Source: an uncultured Thermoleophilia bacterium
GTDB taxonomy: Bacteria > Actinomycetota > Thermoleophilia > RBG-16-64-13
Length of the DNA: 64,000 bases
Direction of reading: 5' to 3'
Assembly: GCA_963772095.1 (NCBI GenBank)
Contig: CAVYVU010000013.1
Location: 39,358-103,357 of the forward strand
The position numbers and the translations under genes were made by a program. The notes under the pieces were generated by a model. The model ran no database searches. It saw nothing but the letters and a program-made list of their open reading frames with translations, and was not told the origin of the DNA. Of this stretch, positions 31,342 through 40,789 are shown one piece after another (position 1 is the first letter of the stretch; each line of letters opens with the position of its first letter).

Positions 31342-32616
31342 TCATAGGACGATGAGTTCCAGTGGGAAATCGCCGAGGATTTGCGGCTCGTCCTCGCGGA
31401 CGATGACAACTCTGGAGGCGTTTAGTGAAACACCGTTTCTTGTGGCCATGTTGTGCCCGATAGCAAGGGAGTGGCCGACCATCAGATCCATGTCTTCCCA
31501 GTCATAGGGGTAGGCGGGTCTGTCGATGGTGTTGATACCGACACCATGGATCTCTGGCAGAAAGACGCCGTGGATGGCGTGGCCTCTGAGCATCGCGTCA
31601 TCGTAGACAAACGGTTCCAAGCCTTTTGACACCTTGAAAGCGTTGATCTTCTGATGAAGCTCCGCGTACTTGGCACCCGGCCTGAGGAGCGAAATCGTGT
31701 AGCACGTCACGTCTTTCGCGTCATCGTATAAGGCTTTGATTTCCTCGCGCGGCTCCTTGAAGAAGAAATAGCGTCTATTGTAGGAGTAGTAGCCGCCGGC
31801 ACCCGGGGATTCAAGCAGCAGTTGCACGATATCGGTATGCTTGAGCCTGTAATCACGCATCAGTTCGATCGTGCTCTCACCTTTGTGATCGCCTCCGACA
31901 CCGCCGATGGGTTCTCCATACTCATCCAGGAAACCGATGATGACCTTGCCGAAAAGGGAAGGATCGGCCCCCCATATCGACAACTGGCGCGTGATATCGC
32001 AATTGATTTCCCAGATTGTGCGGCCGGGATACATGTAGTTGGCGGCGGAAGCAAAGATCTTGTCGTGCAGATGGGTCGCATCGGCGATGCACACGATTTC
32101 CTCTTCGCTTTTGACAGCCTTCATATGCTCGATCTCATTGCTGATGTCGACGATCTCCATGCCTGGGCAAACCGCCGCGAGATAATCGCGAAAGGCGACG
32201 GTGAGGAAGAAGGCGGTCCCGTCGTAGGCAATACGCTTGGCTCCCCTCAGATAGACGCTCATGTCGTCTACACCTGAGTAGGGCTCCCGATCCTTGCGAC
32301 TGTTGCAGGCCTTTACCCCCGGAACTTCAATCAGCTCGCCGTTCGCCGGCAGAATCAATGTCATCGTGTTGCGGAAGCCGTTGAACCCGCTCAGCCAGTA
32401 CATCGTTGACTGGCTCGCAAAGGTGGCTGTGGGGAACCAGCATTGGGCAATCAACAGGTCACAATCCAGCTCCTTGAGCTTCGCCCGTACGAGATCCTGC
32501 CGCCTTCGTATTTCCGCTTCGGAAAAGGGCGCCACATAGGGGACGATGATGCCTCTTTCCATGTTGCCAAAGACGAGCATGTTCGGCCATCTGGCGCCAT
32601 TGAACGTCTCGAGCAT
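31342..32616 (-). CDS. M24 (creatinase/Xaa-Pro peptidase fold) protein, paralog 1
   Basis: Creatinase-N motif FSEAEIRRRQ, KAVKSEEEI, PGRTIWEI, GGYYSYNRR, LRPG, IHGVG; start at 32616 after AGGGAGG. Confidence 0.8.
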   Translation of the reverse strand: MLETFNGARWPNMLVFGNMERGIIVPYVAPFSEAEIRRRQDLVRAKLKELDCDLLIAQCWFPTATFASQSTMYWLSGFNGFRNTMTLILPANGELIEVPGVKACNSRKDREPYSGVDDMSVYLRGAKRIAYDGTAFFLTVAFRDYLAAVCPGMEIVDISNEIEHMKAVKSEEEIVCIADATHLHDKIFASAANYMYPGRTIWEINCDITRQLSIWGADPSLFGKVIIGFLDEYGEPIGGVGGDHKGESTIELMRDYRLKHTDIVQLLLESPGAGGYYSYNRRYFFFKEPREEIKALYDDAKDVTCYTISLLRPGAKYAELHQKINAFKVSKGLEPFVYDDAMLRGHAIHGVFLPEIHGVGINTIDRPAYPYDWEDMDLMVGHSLAIGHNMATRNGVSLNASRVVIVREDEPQILGDFPLELIVL

Positions 32617-32726
32617 CTTCCCCTCCCTTACCTGCCAAGCTGTGCTTTGCGCCGCTCTCAAGTTTCTTCAACCATGGAAGGAAATCCGTTCACCGACCGA
32701 CTGAGCGAGGACGCGGTTTGGAGAGT

Positions 32727-32763
32727 GATCAGTTCGGACTGTCATCGATCAGTTCAGACTGTC
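32727..32763. repeat. 17-bp direct repeat with 20-bp period upstream of M24 paralog 1
   Basis: GATCAGTTCGGACTGTC (32727-32743) and GATCAGTTCAGACTGTC (32747-32763), 16 of 17 identical. Confidence 0.8.
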
Positions 32764-32811
32764 CTGAGGTTCCCAGGGTCAGAGGGGAACCGCGCCCGGT
32801 GATCAAGCCTC

Positions 32812-33306
32812 TCAGAAGCCTTCAGGGATTTCCGCGTCACCACCTGGCCGCATGCAATTGTAGGGATTAAAGACTTCCCGCAAACGCTTAATCTTTCCGT
32901 CCTTCAAAGTGAAGCTGAGCAGATAGTGATTCTCGTAGTAGTGCGGGTCGTCCCATCTAGGGTCGTACCTCATCCCCCTGCCCCGTAGTTCCGCAAACAC
33001 GGTCCATGGATCGTCGGTCGGGAAGATAGTGACATCATAAAAGCCCCAGTCAGGAAAGGCAGAATTCTCCCCTCGTGCAACGTCCGCCTCTCTCTCATCA
33101 TTGACACGGTATGCAAAATTCGGGTTATCGTGCGGACCGCCGCAGAACGTAAGCTCGAATCTGCCGTCGGTGTCATACAGAGCTTTGCGCTTTTCATGAC
33201 GGTCTGGCCCTTCCAGTTTGACAAAGGCCTCCACAGCCGCCACGTTAGCCAGCCTCTGTTCTTCCAGTTCCTCGCTAAGACAGAAGGGCCCGTACTTGTC
33301 AGACAT
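32812..33306 (-). CDS. PhzA/PhzB family protein (copy 2)
   Basis: RLANVAAVEAFV, FPDWGFYD, TDDPWTVFAELRGRG, YYENHYLLSFTLKDGKIKRLREVFNP. Confidence 0.88.
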   Translation of the reverse strand: MSDKYGPFCLSEELEEQRLANVAAVEAFVKLEGPDRHEKRKALYDTDGRFELTFCGGPHDNPNFAYRVNDEREADVARGENSAFPDWGFYDVTIFPTDDPWTVFAELRGRGMRYDPRWDDPHYYENHYLLSFTLKDGKIKRLREVFNPYNCMRPGGDAEIPEGF

Positions 33307-33322
33307 GCCTGCCTCCTCAGCT

Positions 33323-33802
33323 CTACATGACGCGATCGGGCGCAGGGTTCCAGAAAGCCTGATCGAGCTTCATCGGATTCATGAACTCTTTCATTGACTT
33401 GATTCTTCCATCCACTACTACAAACAGAATGAAGAAATGGTTGTCATATTCATGTGGGTCCGTGAACATAGGATTCTTCATCAGACCCTGGCCGTCGCAC
33501 TCTGCGATGAATCTTTCTGGGCTTGGTGTCCTGTAAATCGTTACATTGGAATAGCCAAAATCAGCCCACTTCTTCTGAAGTCTCAACATCTTTTCGCGTA
33601 GAGCCTTTTTGCCCACGGTACGTTCCGGCAAGCAAGATCTCGTGGAGCAAATCTCGCGCATTCCGTCATCGGCAAACAAGCCGAGCCGTTCCTCGATTCG
33701 ATCGGGACCTTTCAAGGCCATGTATTCTTCCACGGTCTTTCGGTTTCTCTCTTGGAGAGACAAGGCTTCGTCGTTCGGACACGCAGCGAGGTTTACAGAC
33801 AC
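33323..33802 (-). CDS. PhzA/PhzB family protein (copy 3)
   Basis: ERNRKTVEEYMALKGPDR, FIAECDGQG, YDNHFFILF..VDGRIKSMKEFMNP; GTG start after AAGGAGG. Confidence 0.88.
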   Translation of the reverse strand: MSVNLAACPNDEALSLQERNRKTVEEYMALKGPDRIEERLGLFADDGMREICSTRSCLPERTVGKKALREKMLRLQKKWADFGYSNVTIYRTPSPERFIAECDGQGLMKNPMFTDPHEYDNHFFILFVVVDGRIKSMKEFMNPMKLDQAFWNPAPDRVM

Positions 33803-33987
33803 GTGATTACCTCCTTTTCCTGCAGGCTTCGGCCATTAGACATGGCCGGTAGGTTTTTGGTGACTGCTCGTTCGCGGCTGAACGACGGCGACCAGCCCGG
33901 GAAGCCTCTGCCCTGGCGAGCGCTGCAAGGCGAGTATGTAGTCAAACTCGCGATCACACCTCTCGTGCTCCGCTTCGCGCAGTCCGT

Positions 33988-34677
33988 TCAGAGTGACGCC
34001 CGAAATCTTTCCAGCCCGTTCCGCCAGTGTTCTTCGGTCGCCTTACTTGCGGCGTCCGGATTGTGGTTTCTAAGCGCCTCCAGGATCCGCTCGTGCTCTA
34101 CGATAGATTGAGCAGATGAAGCGCCCCGACCATAGAAGTAGCGGGTGAAACGCGCTCCAAATCGGTCGAGTCGCTTCGCGGCGTCCGCAAGATACTGGTT
34201 CCCGGTCGAGTCCACCACAACCTCATGAAACCGCAGGTCCAGCTTGACCAGAAGATCAAGGTCCAGTCTCTCGACGGCGGACTTGGCCTCCGTGATAATC
34301 GCTTCAATCTCGCCGACTCCATCATCAGTGATCCTCGCGGCGGCGAGTGTCGCGGCAAAGGGTTCGAGCACTTCCAGACATTCAACAGCCATGCCGTACT
34401 CGGAGATATCGAGCCCAGCGACCGTCGTCCCCATCCCGGGTACCCGCTTGACCAGATACTCTTGGGCCAGAAGAAGTAAAGCCTCCCGCAGAGGAGTCCT
34501 CCCGACGCCGAGTTGTTCCGCTAATTGACCTTCGCTAACGATGGTTCCTGGTGGAAGCTCACTACTGACGATCATCGACCTGACGGACTCGAGGACGTCT
34601 TTTGACCGACGAGCCATCCTTTGACGAGACGGAGCTGAACCCACATGAGACGAAAGCGTTTTGGCCATGGCCATCAC
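33988..34677 (-). CDS. GntR family regulator (FCD domain), paralog 1
   Basis: SEGQLAEQLGVGRTPLREAL HTH; DLRFH...GNQYL...EHERILEAL. Confidence 0.92.
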   Translation of the reverse strand: MMAMAKTLSSHVGSAPSRQRMARRSKDVLESVRSMIVSSELPPGTIVSEGQLAEQLGVGRTPLREALLLLAQEYLVKRVPGMGTTVAGLDISEYGMAVECLEVLEPFAATLAAARITDDGVGEIEAIITEAKSAVERLDLDLLVKLDLRFHEVVVDSTGNQYLADAAKRLDRFGARFTRYFYGRGASSAQSIVEHERILEALRNHNPDAASKATEEHWRNGLERFRASL

Positions 34678-34700
34678 CCCAGCTTGATCACACTACTGAA

Positions 34701-34743
34701 CGCTGCGGTCTCCCTGCTCTGCCAGGGCAGGGAGACCGCAGCG
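34701..34743. terminator. Very stable hairpin downstream of the substrate-binding protein gene
   Basis: Perfect 17-bp arms CGCTGCGGTCTCCCTGC / GCAGGGAGACCGCAGCG; no U-tract, so it could be an mRNA-stabilising element. Confidence 0.7.
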
Positions 34744-34795
34744 ATTCATCGGTCCTGAGCTTGACTGCTTTGTAACCGTCGGCTGTTGGGCCGGC

Positions 34796-36511
34796 CTATG
34801 CCTTGATCCAAAGGTTCCTGGTATCCGCGTAGGTAACAATGGGTACGGGTTGGGCGCCCCCGATCTTCTGGCTGTATGCGTCCACTTGATCGGCGTCGAC
34901 CGGGACGACCACCGAGCCGCGATCGTAGATGATCACCTGCATCTGGTGGAACAGGTCTTTACGCTTGGCCGGGTCGGCTTCCGCGCGGGCTTGACTGAAC
35001 AGTGAATTGAACTCCGTGTCGTTGAAGTGTGTGGAGTTGTACGGAGAGTCGGGCAGGAAGCTGAGCGCATACTGTACCGAAAGAGTCTGGGCCGGCCAGA
35101 AGCTGGTCGACGTTTGCCGATTCTTGTACTCCGGACCAAAGTACACCGAGGGATCGAGCTTGTTGACCGTCATCTTGATGCCGGCCGCCTGAGCCTGTTG
35201 AGCATAGGCGGTCGCCAGATCCACGATACTTGGGGCGGTGTTGGCAGTGTTCAGTGCGATCGCAGTCGAGCCTTTGCCTGATTTCTGCATGAGAGACTTC
35301 GCTTGGTCAGGGTCGTAGGCACGCTGGGGCAGGTCGGAAGCATAGTTGGGGTCTGCGGGTCCCGGCATAAGATCGTTGGCCACTTGTGCGTGCCCGGCAA
35401 ATACCTGGTCGACCAACTGCTGACGGTTTGCGGCAAACCTGCACGCCTGGCGGACCTGCGGGTCGGTAAAGGGCTCCTTCTGCACGTTCATGTTGATGGA
35501 GTAGACCGTCGGCGTGTGATACGCGACTACCTGCAGGGACTTGTTGGCCTGGACCACAGCGACCTGCGAGAGGTCGAGGTTGGTTAGGACGTCGACCTGC
35601 CCGCCGACGAGAGCGTTGATCCGCGCGGTGTCGTCAGCGAAGGAGTAGACCACCATGCCGTCAGCATAAGGCTTGCCTTGATCCCAGAATCCATCGTACC
35701 TGGAGAGAGTGGCCTTACTCCCGGGGGCGAAAGTGTCCATTTTGAATGGCCCGGTGCCCACGGGCTTGGCAGGATCGAAGTCCGTCGGGACGATGAACAC
35801 CTGCCACAGCCCTTCGTTCATCATGCTGTCCGGGCTCTTCAGGCGAAAGCGCACAGTCCGGTCGTCGACCTTGTCGATCGCGTTGGGGTCGACCGCGTTG
35901 AGGATGCCCGAGGTGAAGGACCCTTTCGTGAGGGCGCGCTTGAACGAGAAGATGACGTCATCCGCGGTGACTGGCTTACCGTTGTGGAAGGTAACCCCCT
36001 GCCGGAGCCGAGCGATCCAACTGGAAGGATTCTCCATCGTGACTTCTTCCGCCAGTGCCAGCTGAAAAGCGAGCGAGCTCTCGACGGGAGGCGGGGCCAG
36101 CAGCTGGTCGTACATCGAGAATATGAGAGTATTCGCCGTCATGGTCGACGCGATGTTGTTCGGGTCCGCCGTGTCCGCGCTGTTGCCTATGCACCCGATG
36201 AGAAGCTGACCGCCTTTGACAGGGCCGGCGGCCGCGGCCGTCGTGGTTGGACCCGCAGCGGTCGTGGTAGGACCGGCACCAGTCGTCGTGGGGCCGGCGG
36301 TGACAGTCGTCGGCGCCCCGGTGGTAGTTGTCGTTCCCGCGTTTCCACAGCCGGCTAGAAAACCCGCGCCGCCAAGCCCGAGAGCCACCGCGCCAGCGCC
36401 AGCAAGCCGCAAGAATTCCCGGCGCGAAGTCTGGCGGACTAGAAAGCTCTGGTCTACTGTTTCTTCCTCCTGATCCTGCCTTTTGTCGAGATGTGTGGGG
36501 TCTGTACTCAT
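34796..36511 (-). CDS. ABC transporter substrate-binding lipoprotein (DppA/NikA family 5), Tat-exported
   Basis: SRREFL twin-Arg and lipobox LAGC; GPTTT 7-residue repeat linker; LRQGVTFHNGKPVTADDVIFS, GTGPF, DPQVRQA. Confidence 0.92.
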   Translation of the reverse strand: MSTDPTHLDKRQDQEEETVDQSFLVRQTSRREFLRLAGAGAVALGLGGAGFLAGCGNAGTTTTTGAPTTVTAGPTTTGAGPTTTAAGPTTTAAAAGPVKGGQLLIGCIGNSADTADPNNIASTMTANTLIFSMYDQLLAPPPVESSLAFQLALAEEVTMENPSSWIARLRQGVTFHNGKPVTADDVIFSFKRALTKGSFTSGILNAVDPNAIDKVDDRTVRFRLKSPDSMMNEGLWQVFIVPTDFDPAKPVGTGPFKMDTFAPGSKATLSRYDGFWDQGKPYADGMVVYSFADDTARINALVGGQVDVLTNLDLSQVAVVQANKSLQVVAYHTPTVYSINMNVQKEPFTDPQVRQACRFAANRQQLVDQVFAGHAQVANDLMPGPADPNYASDLPQRAYDPDQAKSLMQKSGKGSTAIALNTANTAPSIVDLATAYAQQAQAAGIKMTVNKLDPSVYFGPEYKNRQTSTSFWPAQTLSVQYALSFLPDSPYNSTHFNDTEFNSLFSQARAEADPAKRKDLFHQMQVIIYDRGSVVVPVDADQVDAYSQKIGGAQPVPIVTYADTRNLWIKA

Positions 36512-36603
36512 TGTGCCTCCACCTCCGCTGTTTCATGGAGCTTCGAAACAGGTCCCGTTCTTGCGCCCAAGCACCAGCTGAGAGAATGATGGGTCTCATC
36601 CGA

Positions 36604-36618
36604 TCACTGATTCAGTGA
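36604..36618. promoter_or_regulatory. Perfect inverted repeat upstream of the SBP gene (candidate GntR operator)
   Basis: TCACTGA-T-TCAGTGA. Confidence 0.45.
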
Positions 36619-36790
36619 AGCGAGCACCCATTATTGTGTCTACGCTGCTGCCCCGTGACCCATTGCGCTTGTTGCCCAACGTGGACGGTACATGACCTTC
36701 AGTCGCAGGCGCGACGCTCAAGAGGGAACCCCAATAGTTACTCCTTTCCTCTCCCGTCAGCACATGGCCCGGCGTGGATGGTCGACCCTC

Positions 36791-37342
36791 CTAGGTCCTC
36801 TCGGCCGATTCCGCCGCGACTGCTGCAGCTGCCTCTCCAATGGCGATGTCCCAGTTCCGCATGTCGCCGTCAAAAGAAGCCCGCGTGATGTCACCGTTGA
36901 AGTACTCGGAAAAACGCGAGATCTTATCTCCCTCGACCTCCATGAAGACCACGTAGTCGTTGGAGTAGACGTTGCCTTTGCTCGGGCCGAGCAACACCTG
37001 GTTCCAACTCTTGCTCTTGTAGACAAAGAGCGCTGGGTTCTCAGTGGTGTGCATCTCAAGCCAGAGACAATCGTGATTGCCAAAGACACGCATGACCTTG
37101 TAGTACTCTTCCTTGATGGCTTCAGGGCCGATCTTCTGCATGCCGTCGTGTCGGTAGGGTGTCTCGAGGATCCCATCGGGAGTCATCATGTCGGCAAAGC
37201 CATCGACGTCAAACCGATGCCAGCGCTCCAGGAATCGGATGCAAACATCAAGATTCTTGCGTCGCTCAGGATCTAGGGGTCCGATTGTGCTCGGGATTGC
37301 CTGGAAATCGGTTGACAGTGGTTCTTTGTGGCTGCTCTTCAC
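36791..37342 (-). CDS. SnoaL/NTF2-like protein (PhzA/B-related), tandem copy A
   Basis: RKNLDVCIRFL, ADMMTPDGILETP, VYSNDYVVFMEVEGDKISRFSEYFN. Confidence 0.82.
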   Translation of the reverse strand: MKSSHKEPLSTDFQAIPSTIGPLDPERRKNLDVCIRFLERWHRFDVDGFADMMTPDGILETPYRHDGMQKIGPEAIKEEYYKVMRVFGNHDCLWLEMHTTENPALFVYKSKSWNQVLLGPSKGNVYSNDYVVFMEVEGDKISRFSEYFNGDITRASFDGDMRNWDIAIGEAAAAVAAESAERT

Positions 37343-37372
37343 TTTGGGCTCACCTTTCGCGCGAGAGCGCGG

Positions 37373-37915
37373 CTAGCTATTCTGTTGCGCCGCAAGGAAT
37401 GCCGCCGCCTCTTGTTCGGCGATCTTCATGTTATCGAGGTCGTTGTCGAAGGCTTCCATCAGAACCGTGGGGTTGAAGTACTCAGAAAAGCGCGCGATCT
37501 TCTCACCCCGTACCTCCATGAACACGACGTAATCGTTCGAGTACACATTGCCCTTGCTTGGCCCGAACATGACTCTGTTCCAGCTCTTACTCTTGTAGAT
37601 GAATGTGGCGGGATCGTTGGTGGTCCACATCTTCAGCCAGAGACAGTCGTGCTCGCCGAAGAGAGTCATGGTGGTGTAGTAGGCCTTCTTCGCCTCTTCG
37701 GGCCCCACGTGCTGCTCTCCGCCCAGGTACGGTGTCTCGAGAATCCCGTCGGCAGTCATCATCCCGGCGAAGCCGTCTACGTCAAAACGGTGCCAGAGCT
37801 CTAGGAAGCGAATACAAACGTCGAGATTCTTTCGTCGCCCGGGATCCAAGGGGCCGAGCGCGCTAGGGATAGCACCGAAATCTGTGGAGAGCGGCTCTTT
37901 GTAGCTTCCCTTCAC
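37373..37915 (-). CDS. SnoaL/NTF2-like protein (PhzA/B-related), tandem copy B
   Basis: Near-duplicate of copy A (KEPLSTDF, YKSKSWN, GPSKGNVYSNDYVVFMEV); GTG start at 37915 after GAGGAGG. Confidence 0.82.
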   Translation of the reverse strand: MKGSYKEPLSTDFGAIPSALGPLDPGRRKNLDVCIRFLELWHRFDVDGFAGMMTADGILETPYLGGEQHVGPEEAKKAYYTTMTLFGEHDCLWLKMWTTNDPATFIYKSKSWNRVMFGPSKGNVYSNDYVVFMEVRGEKIARFSEYFNPTVLMEAFDNDLDNMKIAEQEAAAFLAAQQNS

Positions 37916-38030
37916 TTGACTACACCTCCTCAGGGATTCCGAGATTCCCAACCGCCTTCCCAGCCCACGGAAGGTGGTGCGCGCTCTTCTCCGATCGTGT
38001 CGCTGACGTTCATGACTGCTTTATCCGTTC

Positions 38031-39923
38031 CTAGCCCCCGGCGAGTACCTCTTCCTCTAGGTGTTCGGATGTGTCGAAGCCTGCACGCGTTTCCACAAGT
38101 ACCTTGGTGTAAGCGTTTTGCGGTCGCTCAAATATCTCGGCAGTGGGTGCGCGTTCAACGATCACGCCGCCGGCAAGGACTGCAACCTCAGTGGCCAGGG
38201 AACGCACCAGGGCGAGCTGGTGGGTGATAAAGACCAAGCCGACGCCTTCCTCTTCGAGGAGTCTTCGCAAAAGCTCGATGATCGAGGCCTGTACGGACAC
38301 GTCCAAGGCGGAAGTGACCTCATCACAGATCAGGTAGCGCGGTCGGCAGATCAACGCTCGAGCCAGTGCGACACGCTGGCGCTCACCACCGCTCAGTTGA
38401 TGGGGGTAGCGGTCAACGTATGAGACCGACAGGGAAACCTTGGCGAGAGTCTCGCCGACTGCAGCACGCGCGCCGGCGCCGCCGAAGAAGAGCTTGTGCG
38501 GTTGCGCGACGATGTCGAAGACCGTCTTCCGCGGGTTGAGGGATGCAAAGGGATTCTGAAATACATATTGGATTGCTTGGCGCGTCGAGGCGGGCCGACG
38601 TTGAACCTCCCGCTCTAGAGTCTGGCCTTCGAGCCGGACCTCCCCTCGATAGCGCCCGTGTAGCCCTGCAAGGCATCGGGCCAAGGTCGTCTTCCCGCTC
38701 CCCGACTCGCCGACAACTGCAAGACAGTCACCGCGGATGACATCCAGGCTGATTCCACGGAGAATCTGTCGCGCCCCATAGCTCGCGTACAGATCAGCGG
38801 CCACAAGACCCTTCAATTCCTCCTGTCTGGTGGACACGGCAAGTACCTGAGGAGGTCGGGACCGCAACTGTTCGACCAATTCCACCCGCAGGCACCTCAC
38901 CTGGTGAGTGGGCGATATGAATCCCGTTTCAGGCAGGACTTGGAAGCAGGCTTCATCCGCGATCTCACATCGAGGTGCAAAGGCGCAGCCTGGCGCACGT
39001 TCAAAGGGTGACGGGGCCTGGCCTGGTATCCCTACCAAGGCGTGACGGCCCGACCCTTCGGGCACTGCGTCAAGCAGCCTTTTCGTATACGGATGTCTCG
39101 GGTTGTCAATGACCTCCCTGATCGGCCCTGACTCGACTACTGTTCCCGCGTACATGACGGCCAGCCTATCCGCGACCGACGAGACGACAGCCAAGTCGTG
39201 ACTCACCCAGACAGCCGCGACCCGGTGACGAGTGCACATGTCGCGCACCAAACGAACGATATGTCCTTGAGTGATCACATCGAGCCCCGTGGTGGGCTCA
39301 TCTAGAATCACGAGAGATGGTCCGCAGGAGAAGGCAGCAGCAATCAATACCCGTTGCTGTTGGCCACCCGACAACTGGTGCGGGTAGCGCCGAAGGAAGG
39401 CGGCGTCGCTTGGCAGCAGCACTTCCTCCATGAGCTGTCTGAGGCGCTGACGTCGGTCGGCTCGGTCGCGCCCGACATGGTGAACACGGAGCATCTCATC
39501 GAGTTGTCGGCCGATTCTTCGCCCCGGGTTGAGTGCGGTGCCAGGGTCTTGCGAGACGTAGGAGACGACTCGGCCACGAACCTGCCTCAATTCCCGAGGC
39601 GCCAACGTCAGAAGTTCCTTGGGCCCGATGATGACCTCACCGGCCGCGATTCGCAGCCCACGCTGCGCGAAACCAAGCAGCGCGAGCGCCAGAGTCGTTT
39701 TGCCGCACCCTGACTCACCGACCAGCCCCAGGATCTCACCCGGAGCGATGACGAAAGAGACTGGGGCAACAATTCCGGTTCCGTCAGTGGTAGTAACACT
39801 CAGGACGTTTGCGCAAGCTGCACCCCCATGGCCTTCCTCGGGGATCGGCTCACCGCGACCATCCATGGCACCCGCCGATTTGCCGACGACCCCGGACAAG
39901 TCTGTGTCTTTGGTACTCATCAT
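38031..39923 (-). CDS. Fused double-ATPase subunit (DppD/DppF-like) of a peptide/nickel ABC importer
   Basis: Two Walker A motifs ([16 protein letters not shown]), two YPHQLSGG signatures, oligo_HPY motif HPYT; start at 39923/39920 coupled to the permease stop. Confidence 0.92.
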   Translation of the reverse strand: MMSTKDTDLSGVVGKSAGAMDGRGEPIPEEGHGGAACANVLSVTTTDGTGIVAPVSFVIAPGEILGLVGESGCGKTTLALALLGFAQRGLRIAAGEVIIGPKELLTLAPRELRQVRGRVVSYVSQDPGTALNPGRRIGRQLDEMLRVHHVGRDRADRRQRLRQLMEEVLLPSDAAFLRRYPHQLSGGQQQRVLIAAAFSCGPSLVILDEPTTGLDVITQGHIVRLVRDMCTRHRVAAVWVSHDLAVVSSVADRLAVMYAGTVVESGPIREVIDNPRHPYTKRLLDAVPEGSGRHALVGIPGQAPSPFERAPGCAFAPRCEIADEACFQVLPETGFISPTHQVRCLRVELVEQLRSRPPQVLAVSTRQEELKGLVAADLYASYGARQILRGISLDVIRGDCLAVVGESGSGKTTLARCLAGLHGRYRGEVRLEGQTLEREVQRRPASTRQAIQYVFQNPFASLNPRKTVFDIVAQPHKLFFGGAGARAAVGETLAKVSLSVSYVDRYPHQLSGGERQRVALARALICRPRYLICDEVTSALDVSVQASIIELLRRLLEEEGVGLVFITHQLALVRSLATEVAVLAGGVIVERAPTAEIFERPQNAYTKVLVETRAGFDTSEHLEEEVLAGG

Positions 39924-40789
39924 CACTTGATCGAAGCGTCCGCGCGTGACAAGACCCGCGCTAGGCCATCTGAAATGAGGTTCGTGCCCACGGCCAGAGC
40001 AGCGATCGCGATGACCGGAGCAACCACGCCCCAGGGCTGAATCGACAGTCCGCCTTTGTTCTCGAATACCATCAGACCCCAGTCCGGATGTGGGGGCTGG
40101 GTACCGAAACCCAGGAAGTTGAGGGTCGCCACTATGGCGATCGCCACGGTGAACCGAATCGGCAGTTCGACGAGAAACGTTCCGGTCACGTTGGGGAGCA
40201 CCTCCGAAAACAGGATCTTGAAGCGTTTCATCCCCATCGCCTCGGCTGCCCTGATGTAGTCCCTTTGGTAGACATCCATGGTCGCCGCTCGCATTACCCG
40301 GGCCGTGCCGGGGATCTGTACGAGATCCACAATGATGATGAGCAGCCACCAAGCGGTACCCAGACGCGTAAGCAGGAGCAGCGCGAACACCAGGGGCGGA
40401 AAGACCATGATCACGTCGAGACATCGCATTATCAGGTCGCCACGCCAGGTCTTCGAACTTCCCGCAATGAGGCCCAGAAGGAGCCCGATGGCTACGGCAG
40501 CAACGCTCGCAAGAAAGGCTACGATCAGAAGCGCCTTGCCGCCCGCCAGAAACCGGCTGAACACGTCGCGACCCTGGTAATCCGTCCCAAGCAATGTGTT
40601 GGACGAGGGCGCCGAGTACGACTTCTGAATGAACTGTGTGGGGTCGTGGGGCGCGGCAAACTGCCCAAAAGCGGCGATCAAGATGACGATTCCGGCCAGG
40701 GCGATTCCCAACCAGATCTTCTTAGGCCATCGAGTTGCCGTTACTCTGTCGCCAGCCTTACCGCGACGTCGCACGACCGGCCACTTCAT
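39923..40789 (-). CDS. Peptide ABC permease (DppC-like)
   Basis: LLGTDYQGRDVFSR, YIRAAEAMG...ILFSEVLPN, FLGFG..PP.PDWG. Confidence 0.92.
   Translation of the reverse strand: MKWPVVRRRGKAGDRVTATRWPKKIWLGIALAGIVILIAAFGQFAAPHDPTQFIQKSYSAPSSNTLLGTDYQGRDVFSRFLAGGKALLIVAFLASVAAVAIGLLLGLIAGSSKTWRGDLIMRCLDVIMVFPPLVFALLLLTRLGTAWWLLIIIVDLVQIPGTARVMRAATMDVYQRDYIRAAEAMGMKRFKILFSEVLPNVTGTFLVELPIRFTVAIAIVATLNFLGFGTQPPHPDWGLMVFENKGGLSIQPWGVVAPVIAIAALAVGTNLISDGLARVLSRADASIK

Noticed and set aside
30777-37915. Phenazine biosynthesis cluster
   Set aside because: No phzC, D, E, F or G in the window, and the PhzA/B copies appear to lack His73
39924-40424. N-terminal extension of the 797-aa ATPase ORF
   Set aside because: It overlaps the permease in another frame; the real start is coupled to the permease stop at 39923
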